Source of the DNA: Alphaproteobacteria bacterium
Lineage (GTDB): Bacteria; Pseudomonadota; Alphaproteobacteria; G965222575
Assembly (NCBI GenBank): GCA_965222575.1
Contig: OZ244958.1
Span: 160,001-224,000, forward strand
Direction: 5' to 3'
Length of the DNA stretch: 64,000 nucleotides
Of this stretch, positions 27,950 through 37,359 are shown piece by piece (position 1 is the stretch's first letter; each line of letters opens with the position of its first letter). The position numbers and the translations under genes are program-made. The notes beneath the pieces are model-generated. The model saw nothing but the letters and a program-made list of their open reading frames with translations. It had not been told where the DNA came from and searched no databases.

Positions 27950-29068
27950 CACCTCCCCCCTGCCCTCTTTTCTCCCTCTAAAGCCTTCCCTCCTGCTCTC
28001 TTTTCTCCTCTAAAGTCCTCCCCCCTGCTCTCCTCCTCTGCTCTCTTTTCTCCTCTAAAGTCCTGCTTCCTCCTGCTCTCTTTTCTCCTCTAAAGTCCTC
28101 CCCCCTGCTCTCTGCCCTTTTTTCTCCCTCTAAAGCCTTCCCTCCTGCTCTCTTTTCTCCTCTAAAGCCTTCCCCCTGCTCTCTTTTCTCCTCTAAAGCC
28201 TTCCCTCCTGCTCTCTTTTCTCCTCTAAAGCCTTCCCCCCTGCCCTTTTTCTCCCCTAAAGTCCTGCTTCCTCCTTCTTTGAAGGCTTTGAGGGTTGTAG
28301 CCACCAGTAATTAATCAGACAAAGCGTTATCAAAAAGCCTCCCCTCCTGCCCTTTTTTCTCCCCTAAAGTCCTTCCCCCCTGCTCTCTTTTCTCCTCTAA
28401 AGCCCTCCCCCTGCTCTCTTTTCTCCTCTAAAGCCTTCCCTCCTGCTCTCTTTTCTCCTCTAAAGCCCTCCCTCCTGCTCTCTTTTCTCCCCTAAAGCCC
28501 TCCCCCTTGCTCTCTTTTCTCCTCTAAAGCCTTCCCCCCTGCCCTCTTTTCTCCTCTAAAGTCCTCCCCCCTGCCCTCTTTTCTCCTCTAAAGTCCTCCC
28601 CCCTGCTCTCTTTTCTCCTCTAAAGTCCTCCCCCCTGCCCTCTTTTCTCCTCTAAAGTCCTCCCCCCTGCTCTTTTTTCTCCTCTAAAGCCTTCCCCCCT
28701 GCCCTCTTTTCTCCTCTAAAGTCCTCCCCCCTGCCCTCTTTTCTCCTCTAAAGTCCTCCCCCCTGCTCTTTTTTCTCCCCTAAAGTCCTCCCCCCCTGCT
28801 CTCTTTTCTCCTCTAAAGCCTTCCCCCCTGCCCTTTTTTCTCCTCTAAAGCCTTCCCCCCTGCCCTTTTTTCTCCTCTAAAGCCTTCCCCCCTGCCCTTT
28901 TTTCTCCCCTAAAGTCCTCCCCCCTGCTCTCTTTTCTCCCCTAAAGTCCTCCCCCCTGCCCTTTTTTCTCCCCTAAAGCCTTCCCTCCTGCTCTCTTTTC
29001 TCCTCTAAAGCCTTCCCTCCTGCTCTCTTTTCTCCTCTAAAGCCTTCCCTCCTGCTCTCTTTTCTCCC
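27950..29068. repeat. Polypyrimidine tandem array of about 32-bp units (31 copies) derived from the adjacent DUF805 gene end, with an embedded 98-bp exact duplicate
   Basis: 31 CTAAAG cores; consensus CTAAAG(T/C)C(C/T)(C)nTGCTCTCTTTTCTCCY; 28247-28344 is identical to 29060-29157. Confidence 0.97.
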
Positions 29069-29605
29069 CTAAAGTCCTGCTTCCTCCTTCTTTGAAGGCT
29101 TTGAGGGTTGTAGCCACCAGTAATTAATCAGACAAAGCGTTATCAAAAAGCCTCCCCCTGCTCCAAAGAAAAGGGCTTCCAAGAATTTCATCCCTCCTAA
29201 GAAGGCAGGAGGCGCCCATATAAGCCCTAGAAACAAAAAGAAAACAAACAAGAGTAAAAAAAGCGGTAAAGGAAGCATCCACCAAGCAGACCTGCCTACA
29301 TCCCGTAGCCGCTTGATACCAAGCATAATCTGCCAATACAGGATAAAGGGCGATAAACTAGAGACGCCTATAAAAGGCAAGTCATTCAATAAAATGTGAA
29401 AGAAAGCAATAAGAGGTGATAAAAACGTGAGATTCAGAGCGGCTGCATTGGTCTCAACCATTCCTAAAAACCCGAGGAATAAGTATCCGCCTATTATAAG
29501 AAAGGTTAAAATCCAAAAAGGGGTGCGCTTTAATCGTCCTTTACACCACCAAAGCTGCCCGAAATACCATGGAGCGGTTTCAAGAAAGGTCTTGAGAAAG
29601 TTCAT
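29069..29605 (-). CDS. DUF805 (YhaH-like) inner membrane protein
   Basis: KGR..R..FW and KRLRDVGRSAWW motifs, TM segments, C-terminal LQPS. Confidence 0.85.
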   Translation of the reverse strand: MNFLKTFLETAPWYFGQLWWCKGRLKRTPFWILTFLIIGGYLFLGFLGMVETNAAALNLTFLSPLIAFFHILLNDLPFIGVSSLSPFILYWQIMLGIKRLRDVGRSAWWMLPLPLFLLLFVFFLFLGLIWAPPAFLGGMKFLEALFFGAGGGFLITLCLINYWWLQPSKPSKKEEAGL

Positions 29606-29761
29606 GGGGTTACTCCTTGAGTGTTTCAGTACCTTAAGTATAGTACTCTCCTTGTTAGTGTTTGACCAGTCAAGGGGGCTTTTTTTTTAGCAATCCATTC
29701 TAAGGGCTCTGTCTGGTATATGACTAAAGAGCTTATGATGACCTTAGAGGCGTCTGTTCTG

Positions 29762-31606
29762 TTAATCCACTGTGACGGATTTCGCGAGGTTTCTGGGTTT
29801 ATCCACATTTAGTCCTTTGTGCAAGGCAGTGTGGTATGCTAGGAGTTGCAGGAAGGGTGCCATAATGAGGGGTTGTGTCAAGAGATTGCCTTTTGGGAGA
29901 GGAAAGAGAGAGAGATTAGAGAGGTCATGCTGAAAGGTTTCAGGTTGGTCGGAGACGAGGAGGATTTTGCCGCCTCTTGCTTGTGCTTCTTTGAGGTTAG
30001 CGCGAATTTTTTCGCTACTGCCTGTTCCTTCTAGGACAATGACGGGATAGTTTTTTTGCAGGAGTGCGATGGGGCCGTGTTTCATTTCGCCGGCGGGCAG
30101 GCCTTCTGCGTGGATATAAGAGAGTTCTTTGAGTTTTAGGGCACCTTCTAGGGCTAGGGGGTAAAAGATGCCCCGCCCCAAGAATAAGGTATGTTGGGCT
30201 TTATGCAGGAAGGTTTCGGCAAGTGTTTTGATACGATGTTGTTGTGAGATGACGGCTTTGATGTGCGCTGTGCTTTTTTTAATGGAGTTGAGGTAAGTTT
30301 GGAGTTGTGTGCGGGATATTGTTCCTATGGAGTAGGCGTACCAGCACGTGAAGACAGCTAGAGCGGTTAATTGCGCGGTAAAAGACTTGGTACTAGCGAC
30401 AGCGATTTCTTGTCCGGCTTCTGTGAGGATGAGTCCATGGGCTTCGTTGGCCATTTGGCTTTGTGGCACATTGGTGATGACGATACAGGTTTGTCCAGCG
30501 GCTTTACACAGGCGTAAGGAGTGGAGGGTATCGGCTGTTTCGCCGGATTGTGAGACAAAGACTGTCCAGCCATTTTTGAGGAGGGGGGTAGGGGTGAAGC
30601 GGAATTCGCTAGCCATTTCCACGGCTATTTCCCTATGAGCTAGGTGAGCGAACCAGTATTTTGCGCACAAAAGGGCATGATAGGAGCTACCGCATCCTAC
30701 CATGGTGAGGGTAGCGGGGATGGAGGAAGGGGGAGCGGGGGGTTTTAAGAGGGTATTGAGCAGGGGGAGGAAGGGAGGGGGGTGGAGGGTATGGAGTGTA
30801 CGTTTTATAATTGTTGGTTGTTGGAAAATTTCTTTGAGCATGTAGTGCTTGAATCCCTTTTTTTGGGAGCTTTTCATTGTTATAACCGTAAGAGGGGGTA
30901 TCGTTCTTGGTCCTTTTTCTCCCATGATATCCACATGGTTTGGGGATAAAATAGCCATATCTGATGGCTTGAGGACGCGGACGCTTTCATGGAGGGTTGC
31001 AGCAGTATAAGGGTCGGAAGCGAGGAGGGATTTTTTGTCATGACAAGCGACAACTAGAGGGCATCCTTTTTGTAAGCCAAAGATTGTGTCTGGCATATTA
31101 GCAAAGAGTACCGCAATGGCAAAGTCTCCTTTTATGGTTTTTCTGAGATTAGAGATAGCCTCTTGTGGGGTCATACCTTCTTGTAAAGAAAGGTCTAGAA
31201 GGTGTGCAATAATTTCTGTATCGGCTTGGGTATGGAAGGAGTAGTGGTGGTTTTGCAAGTGTTGTTTGAGGTCTTGATAGTTATCCACAATGCCGTTATG
31301 CACGACGGCACAAGAAGGGGTTTTAAGATTTCGTCCACCGAAGTGAGGATGGGCATTACGAACAAAAGGTTTGCCATGAGTAGCCCATCTGGTGTGTCCA
31401 AGACCGATCTGTCCTTTCAGTGGTCGTGTTTTGAGAAGAGCCACGAGTTTATCAACTTTTCCCACGGCGCGACGACGTTGTAAAACGCCCGCATTTAAGA
31501 CAGCAAGTCCAGCGGAGTCATAGCCTCTATACTCCAAACATTTCATACCCTTAAGAATGGTTGGCACAACATTGCCCTGCCCTAGTATTGCGAAGATGCC
31601 ACACAT
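29762..31606 (-). CDS. glmS: Glutamine-fructose-6-phosphate transaminase
   Basis: MCGI, LEYRGYDSAG, GHTRWATHG, SQSGETAD, EGALKLKE, PRNLAKSVTV. Confidence 0.97.
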   Translation of the reverse strand: MCGIFAILGQGNVVPTILKGMKCLEYRGYDSAGLAVLNAGVLQRRRAVGKVDKLVALLKTRPLKGQIGLGHTRWATHGKPFVRNAHPHFGGRNLKTPSCAVVHNGIVDNYQDLKQHLQNHHYSFHTQADTEIIAHLLDLSLQEGMTPQEAISNLRKTIKGDFAIAVLFANMPDTIFGLQKGCPLVVACHDKKSLLASDPYTAATLHESVRVLKPSDMAILSPNHVDIMGEKGPRTIPPLTVITMKSSQKKGFKHYMLKEIFQQPTIIKRTLHTLHPPPFLPLLNTLLKPPAPPSSIPATLTMVGCGSSYHALLCAKYWFAHLAHREIAVEMASEFRFTPTPLLKNGWTVFVSQSGETADTLHSLRLCKAAGQTCIVITNVPQSQMANEAHGLILTEAGQEIAVASTKSFTAQLTALAVFTCWYAYSIGTISRTQLQTYLNSIKKSTAHIKAVISQQHRIKTLAETFLHKAQHTLFLGRGIFYPLALEGALKLKELSYIHAEGLPAGEMKHGPIALLQKNYPVIVLEGTGSSEKIRANLKEAQARGGKILLVSDQPETFQHDLSNLSLFPLPKGNLLTQPLIMAPFLQLLAYHTALHKGLNVDKPRNLAKSVTVD

Positions 31607-31609
31607 AGC

Positions 31610-32965
31610 TTATGGTTTTTTTGAGGGCTTCAAATATTTTTTCGCTGCCCCTTTCAGGGTTTTTTGTTCTGTGCGCCCAACGGCTAAGGCATTTTCAGGA
31701 ACATTCTTAGTGAGGACGCTACCCGCTGCCGTAAGCGCCCCGCGCCCTATCCGTAAAGGGGCTAAGAGCGTTGAAGAAGCCCCAATAAAAGCACCCGCTC
31801 CAATATGCGTCTGATGCTTATGCCGCCCATCATAATTACAAGTAATCACGCCCGCACCAACGTTGACATTCCCTTCTATTGTTGCATCGCCTAAATAGGA
31901 CAAATGAGACACCTTAGTATTAGCACCTAAGACAGTGTTTTTCACCTCGACAAAATTTCCAATGCGCCCCTGTTTTTTGATTCTACTATCAGGTCTCACG
32001 CGAGCAAAGGGACCCACAACAGCCCCTTCTTCCACCACCGCCCCCTCAAGATGAGAGAAGCTCTTAATAACAGCCCCGCGCTGTACCACAACTTTTGGTC
32101 CAAAAACCACATAAGGGAAAACATAAGCCCCTTCTTCCAAAAGGGTATCATGAGAGAAAATCACAGAGTCCGGCACTTGTAGTATTGCGCCGTTTTCAAG
32201 GGCAAGGGTTCTCTTTTTTTGTTGAAAGAGCGCCTCAGCATCAGCCAGTTGCCGTAGCGTATTCACACCAACAAGTTCAGTAGCAGTCGTAGTAATAGAA
32301 GAGACTGTATTGCCGTCTTTGTGTAAAAGTGCGACCACATCAGTAAGATATTGTTCTCCCCCTTTTCGTACAGGCACCTTTTGAAGGGCAGGGAAAAGCA
32401 GGTGTTTTTGGAATCCCACCACCCCCCCATTGCAAAGATTCAGCTGTGCCTGCTCCGGGCTTAAGTCCTCCTCCTCTACAATGGCTAAGACCTGTTCGTT
32501 GCGTAACAGGAGCCGTCCATAGCCTGTTGGGTTCTCTGGTGAGAAGGAAACAATAACGCCATGAGTCTGTTCTAGGGCTTCAACCAGCCGTTGTAAGGTA
32601 TGGTGTTCAATGCCCGGCACATCGGCATTGAGAATCAGAATCTTGTGAAGTGAGGCCTTAAGTGCGGCTTGCGCCGCCCCAACCCCAACAGCAGTGCCAT
32701 ACTTCCCAGCAGGTTGAACAACCCAAGAGAGGTGAGGATGCTCAAGAAAAAAAGGATTGAGAACATCCATAAGTTGCCCCCGCCCTTGTTCGTCCGACGG
32801 TAAGACCACAAGAATTTGCTCTGCGCCGGTATCTATAGCCTTCTTGAGGCTATGGCTTATCAACGGCAGACCTCCTAAGGGAGAGAGGAGTTTCCCATAG
32901 CCTTTCATGCGGGTCCCTAGTCCTCCCGCGAGAAGAATAATTGCTGTGTTGTGAAAATGTTTCAA
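31610..32965 (-). CDS. glmU: Bifunctional UDP-GlcNAc diphosphorylase / GlcN-1-P acetyltransferase
   Basis: LAGG.GTRMK, PTGYGR, YLTD, GNFVEVK, HLSYLGDA, TCNYDG. Confidence 0.96.
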   Translation of the reverse strand: MKHFHNTAIILLAGGLGTRMKGYGKLLSPLGGLPLISHSLKKAIDTGAEQILVVLPSDEQGRGQLMDVLNPFFLEHPHLSWVVQPAGKYGTAVGVGAAQAALKASLHKILILNADVPGIEHHTLQRLVEALEQTHGVIVSFSPENPTGYGRLLLRNEQVLAIVEEEDLSPEQAQLNLCNGGVVGFQKHLLFPALQKVPVRKGGEQYLTDVVALLHKDGNTVSSITTTATELVGVNTLRQLADAEALFQQKKRTLALENGAILQVPDSVIFSHDTLLEEGAYVFPYVVFGPKVVVQRGAVIKSFSHLEGAVVEEGAVVGPFARVRPDSRIKKQGRIGNFVEVKNTVLGANTKVSHLSYLGDATIEGNVNVGAGVITCNYDGRHKHQTHIGAGAFIGASSTLLAPLRIGRGALTAAGSVLTKNVPENALAVGRTEQKTLKGAAKKYLKPSKKP

Positions 32966-33048
32966 GAGATTTTCGTCTTTAACCCTTCACGGAAGTATAG
33001 TATACTTTAGCACAAAATTTTCTCTACCAACACAGGAATTGCCCTAGC

Positions 33049-34320
33049 ATGTATATAGAGTCAATCAAAAGTCGCGAAGTACTGGATAGTAGAGGATGTC
33101 CGACGGTAGAAACAGATATTTTTGTGAAGGACATAGGGTTTGTAGGACGGGGGAGCGTACCGTCTGGGGCGTCTAAGGGGAAAAGGGAGGCGGTAGAAAA
33201 GCGTGACGGCGGGGACAGGTACAATGGGCTTGGGGTGAGAGAAGCGGTAGAGCAAGTGATAAGCGCCATAGCACCGGCGTTAAGAGGTCTCGATATTCGC
33301 AATCAAGAAGAGATCGATACCTTGTTGCTGGAGTTAGATGGTACGGAAGATAAGAGTCGTTTAGGGGCAAATGCTCTGTTAAGTGTGAGTTTAGCTGTAG
33401 CACGCGGCGGGGCAAGAGTAACCGAGGTCCCTCTTTATCGGTATATAGGAGGTCTTTATCCTTTTCGTCTACCGGTTCCCATGATGAATCTGCTCAATGG
33501 AGGTTGTCATGGAGATAATGCACTACAGGTACAGGAATTTCTGGTGATACCGCAAGGGGGGACATTTTCTGAGTGTTTGCGTTGCGGGGTGGAGGTGTTT
33601 ACAGCCTTAGGAGATTGTCTGAAGTCCCAGGGCTTGAGTGTGTCTGTTGGGGATGAAGGGGGGTATGCCCCCCCTCTTAAGCGGACAGAAGAAGCCTTAG
33701 ACTTCCTCATGGCAGCCATTGAGAAAAGCGGTTATAAAGCGGGAGAGGAGGTTTACTTAGGATTAGATGTGGCAGCAAGTACGCTATATGAGAAGGGGAT
33801 TTATCACTTAGAGGGGAAAAAATCCGTCAAAGAATTGATTGGGTGGTACTCGTCTCTTTGCGAGCAGTACCCCTTGGTCTCCATAGAAGATGGCTGTGCC
33901 GAAGAGGATGAGGAGGGATGGTGCTTGTTAATGGAGAGGTTAGGAGACAAGATAAAAGTGATAGGCGATGATGTGTTTGTGACGAAGGAGTCCTTATTAT
34001 GTGAGGGATTAAGACGTGGTATCGCTAATGGCATTCTGATAAAGCCTAATCAATGCGGAACGCTTACGGAGACATTGGGGGCTATCTCTAAAGCCCATAA
34101 GGGGGGGTGGATTTGTGCCGTGTCACACCGTAGCGGAGAGACCAATGATAGTTTTATTGCAGACCTATCAGTAGGAACCGGAAGTGATTTCATTAAGGCT
34201 GGAGCACCCTGTCGCGGGGAGAGGGTTTCAAAGTATAACACATTGTTGAGGATTGAAGAGGAACTCTCCACACCGCAAGTTCGTTGCCTTTTTCCTAAAA
34301 GGGAGTACAAGAGGAAATAA
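33049..34320 (+). CDS. eno: Enolase
   Basis: REVLDSRG.PTVE, VPSGAS, LGANA, GDEGG, IKPNQ.G, SHRSGET. Confidence 0.97.
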   Translation: MYIESIKSREVLDSRGCPTVETDIFVKDIGFVGRGSVPSGASKGKREAVEKRDGGDRYNGLGVREAVEQVISAIAPALRGLDIRNQEEIDTLLLELDGTEDKSRLGANALLSVSLAVARGGARVTEVPLYRYIGGLYPFRLPVPMMNLLNGGCHGDNALQVQEFLVIPQGGTFSECLRCGVEVFTALGDCLKSQGLSVSVGDEGGYAPPLKRTEEALDFLMAAIEKSGYKAGEEVYLGLDVAASTLYEKGIYHLEGKKSVKELIGWYSSLCEQYPLVSIEDGCAEEDEEGWCLLMERLGDKIKVIGDDVFVTKESLLCEGLRRGIANGILIKPNQCGTLTETLGAISKAHKGGWICAVSHRSGETNDSFIADLSVGTGSDFIKAGAPCRGERVSKYNTLLRIEEELSTPQVRCLFPKREYKRK

Positions 34321-34322
34321 AG

Positions 34323-36350
34323 TTGTCTTTACCACCGCTACCGTATACGTCCATGGCGAATGCCATTCGCGTCTTATCCATGGAGGCAGTGGAGAAAGCC
34401 CAAAGTGGACATCCGGGGTTGCCTATGGGGATGGCAGAGGTAGGGACAGTGCTCTTCAGTACGATTTTGAAGCATCATCCTCCTCATCCGGAGTGGTATG
34501 ACAGAGACCGTTTTGTTTTGTCAGCTGGTCACGGTTCTTTGTTGTTGTACTGCCTTTTATATTTAAGCGGCTATGCGTCCATGGGGATTGAGGACATTAA
34601 GAAGTTTCGGTCTTTACACAGTGTGACGCCGGGACATCCTGAGAAGTTTGTGACCCAAGGGGTTGAAGCGACAACAGGGCCCTTGGGGCAAGGGTTAGGC
34701 AATGCGGTGGGCATGGCGTTAAGTGAACATCTCTTAGGACGATTATTCGGGGAGGATATCGTCAATCATCATACCTATGCCCTCGTAGGGGATGGCTGTT
34801 TAATGGAGGGGATTAGCCAAGAGGTCATTTCTTTCGCAGGGCATTACAAGTTGAAGAAGTTAATTGTCCTATTTGACAACAACGCCATTTCCATAGACGG
34901 TCCAACATCCCTTACCTGTTCCACGGACCAAAGGAAGCGGTTTTTATCGGAGGGGTGGTCTGTATGGGAGGCATCAGCCCATGATGTGGGGGAGATTACC
35001 GAGTCTTTAGAGGCTGCAAAGAGAAGTGAGTGTCCCTCTTTAGTAATTTTTCATTCTGTTATAGGGAAAGGGTCTGTGAACAAGTCTGGCACATCGGCTG
35101 TTCACGGGTCTGCTTTGGGGGCGGAGGAAGTGGAGGTGAGCAAGAAGGCTTTGGGATGGGGAGAGGTACCGGCTTTTGAGGTACCGGAGGAGGTATTGAA
35201 GTGTTGGCGCAGAGCCAAAGAGAGACATACGCAGTCTTATGAGGGCTGGTGTGAACGGCTTGCCTCTCACCCTGATAGGGAGAGATTTTTATCTCTGATG
35301 AAGGGGGAAAGGATATCTGAAGAATTAGGGAAAGGGGAGGTTTTCAAGTCGTTAAAGGAGCAGTTCATCAAGGAATCCAAGTCTTTGTCCACCCGCAAGG
35401 CTTCCTTTTGCGTATTGGAATCTCTGTGTGAGAGCACTCCTTGTCTTCTTGGTGGCAGTGCGGACTTAACGGGGTCTAATTTGACGAAGACAAAGCACCA
35501 TAAGCTTTTATCTGAATGGGAAGAGGGGTATAGTTTTTACATACATTACGGCGTTCGGGAGCATGGCATGGGGGCGATTATGAACGGCATAGCGTTACAT
35601 GGGGGATTTATACCATATGGGGGAACATTTTTAGCCTTTTCAGATTATATGCGTCCATCGATTCGTCTTGCGGCGTTGAGCGCTCTAAGGGTGGTGTATG
35701 TTTTCAGTCATGATTCCATAGGGTTAGGAGAAGATGGTCCCACGCATCAGCCTGTGGAGCATTTAGAAAGTTTGCGTCTTATCCCTAATCTTTTAGTTTT
35801 TCGTCCCTGTGATGGTGTGGAGACAGCAGACTGTTGGCAGTTAGCGTTACAGAGGTTCGAGGGGCCATCAGTTTTAGCGTTAAGCCGTCAGGATTTAGGA
35901 TTTTTGCGCAAAGGGAGTGTCGTACTTGGGGAAGGTGAGAATTTGTGTGTGCGTGGGGCTTACAAGCTTTGGGGGAGTAGTGAGTCCGGAGAGGTCAAGC
36001 TATTGGCATCAGGTTCTGAGGTAGGATTAGCATTAGAAGTTGCTTACGCTTTAGAAGCGGAGAAGATATCCTCTCAGGTGATATCCGTTCCTTGTAAGGA
36101 GTTGTTTGACAAGCAGCCTAAGGGGTATCGGGATTCCTTACTAGGCGGCGAGGGGTTGTGCGTGGTGATAGAGGCGGGCAGAGAGGGAACTTGGCGTAAG
36201 TATTTAGGGGAAAAAGGGATATTTATGGGACTATCCACTTTTGGTTTGTCAGCGCCATATGAGGCGCTTTATAATACCTTTGGATTGAAGACGGAATTGC
36301 TCACGCGACGTATCAAGAAGGCTTTAGGCGAGGGAAGCAAGGGATGTTAA
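34323..36350 (+). CDS. tkt: Transketolase (start TTG 34323 or ATG 34353)
   Basis: SGHPG.PMG, RDRFVLSAGHGS, TTGPLGQG, GDGCLMEG, GEDGPTHQP. Confidence 0.97.
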   Translation: MSLPPLPYTSMANAIRVLSMEAVEKAQSGHPGLPMGMAEVGTVLFSTILKHHPPHPEWYDRDRFVLSAGHGSLLLYCLLYLSGYASMGIEDIKKFRSLHSVTPGHPEKFVTQGVEATTGPLGQGLGNAVGMALSEHLLGRLFGEDIVNHHTYALVGDGCLMEGISQEVISFAGHYKLKKLIVLFDNNAISIDGPTSLTCSTDQRKRFLSEGWSVWEASAHDVGEITESLEAAKRSECPSLVIFHSVIGKGSVNKSGTSAVHGSALGAEEVEVSKKALGWGEVPAFEVPEEVLKCWRRAKERHTQSYEGWCERLASHPDRERFLSLMKGERISEELGKGEVFKSLKEQFIKESKSLSTRKASFCVLESLCESTPCLLGGSADLTGSNLTKTKHHKLLSEWEEGYSFYIHYGVREHGMGAIMNGIALHGGFIPYGGTFLAFSDYMRPSIRLAALSALRVVYVFSHDSIGLGEDGPTHQPVEHLESLRLIPNLLVFRPCDGVETADCWQLALQRFEGPSVLALSRQDLGFLRKGSVVLGEGENLCVRGAYKLWGSSESGEVKLLASGSEVGLALEVAYALEAEKISSQVISVPCKELFDKQPKGYRDSLLGGEGLCVVIEAGREGTWRKYLGEKGIFMGLSTFGLSAPYEALYNTFGLKTELLTRRIKKALGEGSKGC

Positions 36351-37357
36351 AGCTAGGCATTAATGGGTTTGGTCGGATAGGGCGCATGACTTTGCGGGCG
36401 TTACTGGAGCGGGGAGAGAAGCAAATGTCTGTGGTGAAGGTGAATGACCCTAATCCTTCGGAGACGCTAGCGTATTTATTGCAGTATGATTCTGTTCACG
36501 GTCGGTATGCGGGGGCGGTGAGGAGTGCAGGAGAGAGGCTGTATGTTGGGGAGGATGAGGAGGAGGAGGAGGAGGGGATTGGGGTATCTCACCATAGGGA
36601 TTGTTCTGCGTTAGATTGGCGGGGTGTTGATATTGTTCTTGAGTGCAGTGGTCGTTATGTGACAGAGGAGCGTGCGCGGGTTCATCTTTTATCTGGAGCG
36701 GGTCGGGTATTGGTATCGGCGCCTTGTAAGGGGGCTGCGTCCACCATTGTGTATGGGGTGAATCAGGAGGAGATAAAGAAGGAGCATAAGATTGTGTCTA
36801 ATGCGTCTTGCACGACGAACTGTTTAGCGCCTCTTTTGAAAGTGTTACTATCAAGGGTTGGTATTTTGCGGGGATTTATGACAACGGTTCATGCGTACAC
36901 ATCGGATCAAACACTCTTAGATAGGTCTCATAGGGACGTGCGTCGAGGACGTGGTGCTGGATTATCCATGGTTCCGACGACCACTGGTGCGACACACGCC
37001 ATAGAGAGCATTTTTCCTTTACTAAAAGGGAAACTAGGGGGAACATCCATTCGTGTTCCGACGCCTAATGTCTCTCTTGTGGACTTGACTGTGCAAGTAG
37101 GACAATCCGTGACGAAGGAGGAGCTGAACGAGGCTTTTGAGGAAGCATCGGAAGGGGAGCTACAAGGCATTTTAGCTGTTGAGTCGGCACCTTTAGTCTC
37201 CAGTGATTTTGTTCATCATAGTGCAAGTTGCATTGTGGACTTGTCACAAACTTATGTAGTGGGGGGGGATTTTATCAGGGTTTTAGGCTGGTACGATAAC
37301 GAGTGGGGATTTGCGAATCGTATGCTGGATGTAGCAGCCTTGATGTGGTCTCTGTAA
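36344..37357 (+). CDS. gap: Glyceraldehyde-3-phosphate dehydrogenase
   Basis: GINGFGRIGR, SNASCTTNCLAP, RVPT.NVS, WYDNEWG. Confidence 0.97.
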   Translation: MLKLGINGFGRIGRMTLRALLERGEKQMSVVKVNDPNPSETLAYLLQYDSVHGRYAGAVRSAGERLYVGEDEEEEEEGIGVSHHRDCSALDWRGVDIVLECSGRYVTEERARVHLLSGAGRVLVSAPCKGAASTIVYGVNQEEIKKEHKIVSNASCTTNCLAPLLKVLLSRVGILRGFMTTVHAYTSDQTLLDRSHRDVRRGRGAGLSMVPTTTGATHAIESIFPLLKGKLGGTSIRVPTPNVSLVDLTVQVGQSVTKEELNEAFEEASEGELQGILAVESAPLVSSDFVHHSASCIVDLSQTYVVGGDFIRVLGWYDNEWGFANRMLDVAALMWSL

Positions 37358-37359
37358 GC

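Noticed and set aside
27978-28304. 108-aa ORF in array 2
   Set aside because: It is a translation of the purine-rich repeat strand, starting in an off-frame part of the duplicated gene end.
29600-33050. Replication origin at the C-rich to G-rich transition
   Set aside because: The TTATCCACA matches I saw (e.g. 29799, 31281, 14893, 16181) are isolated and inside coding sequence; there is no intergenic DnaA-box cluster or usual oriC-flanking gene.
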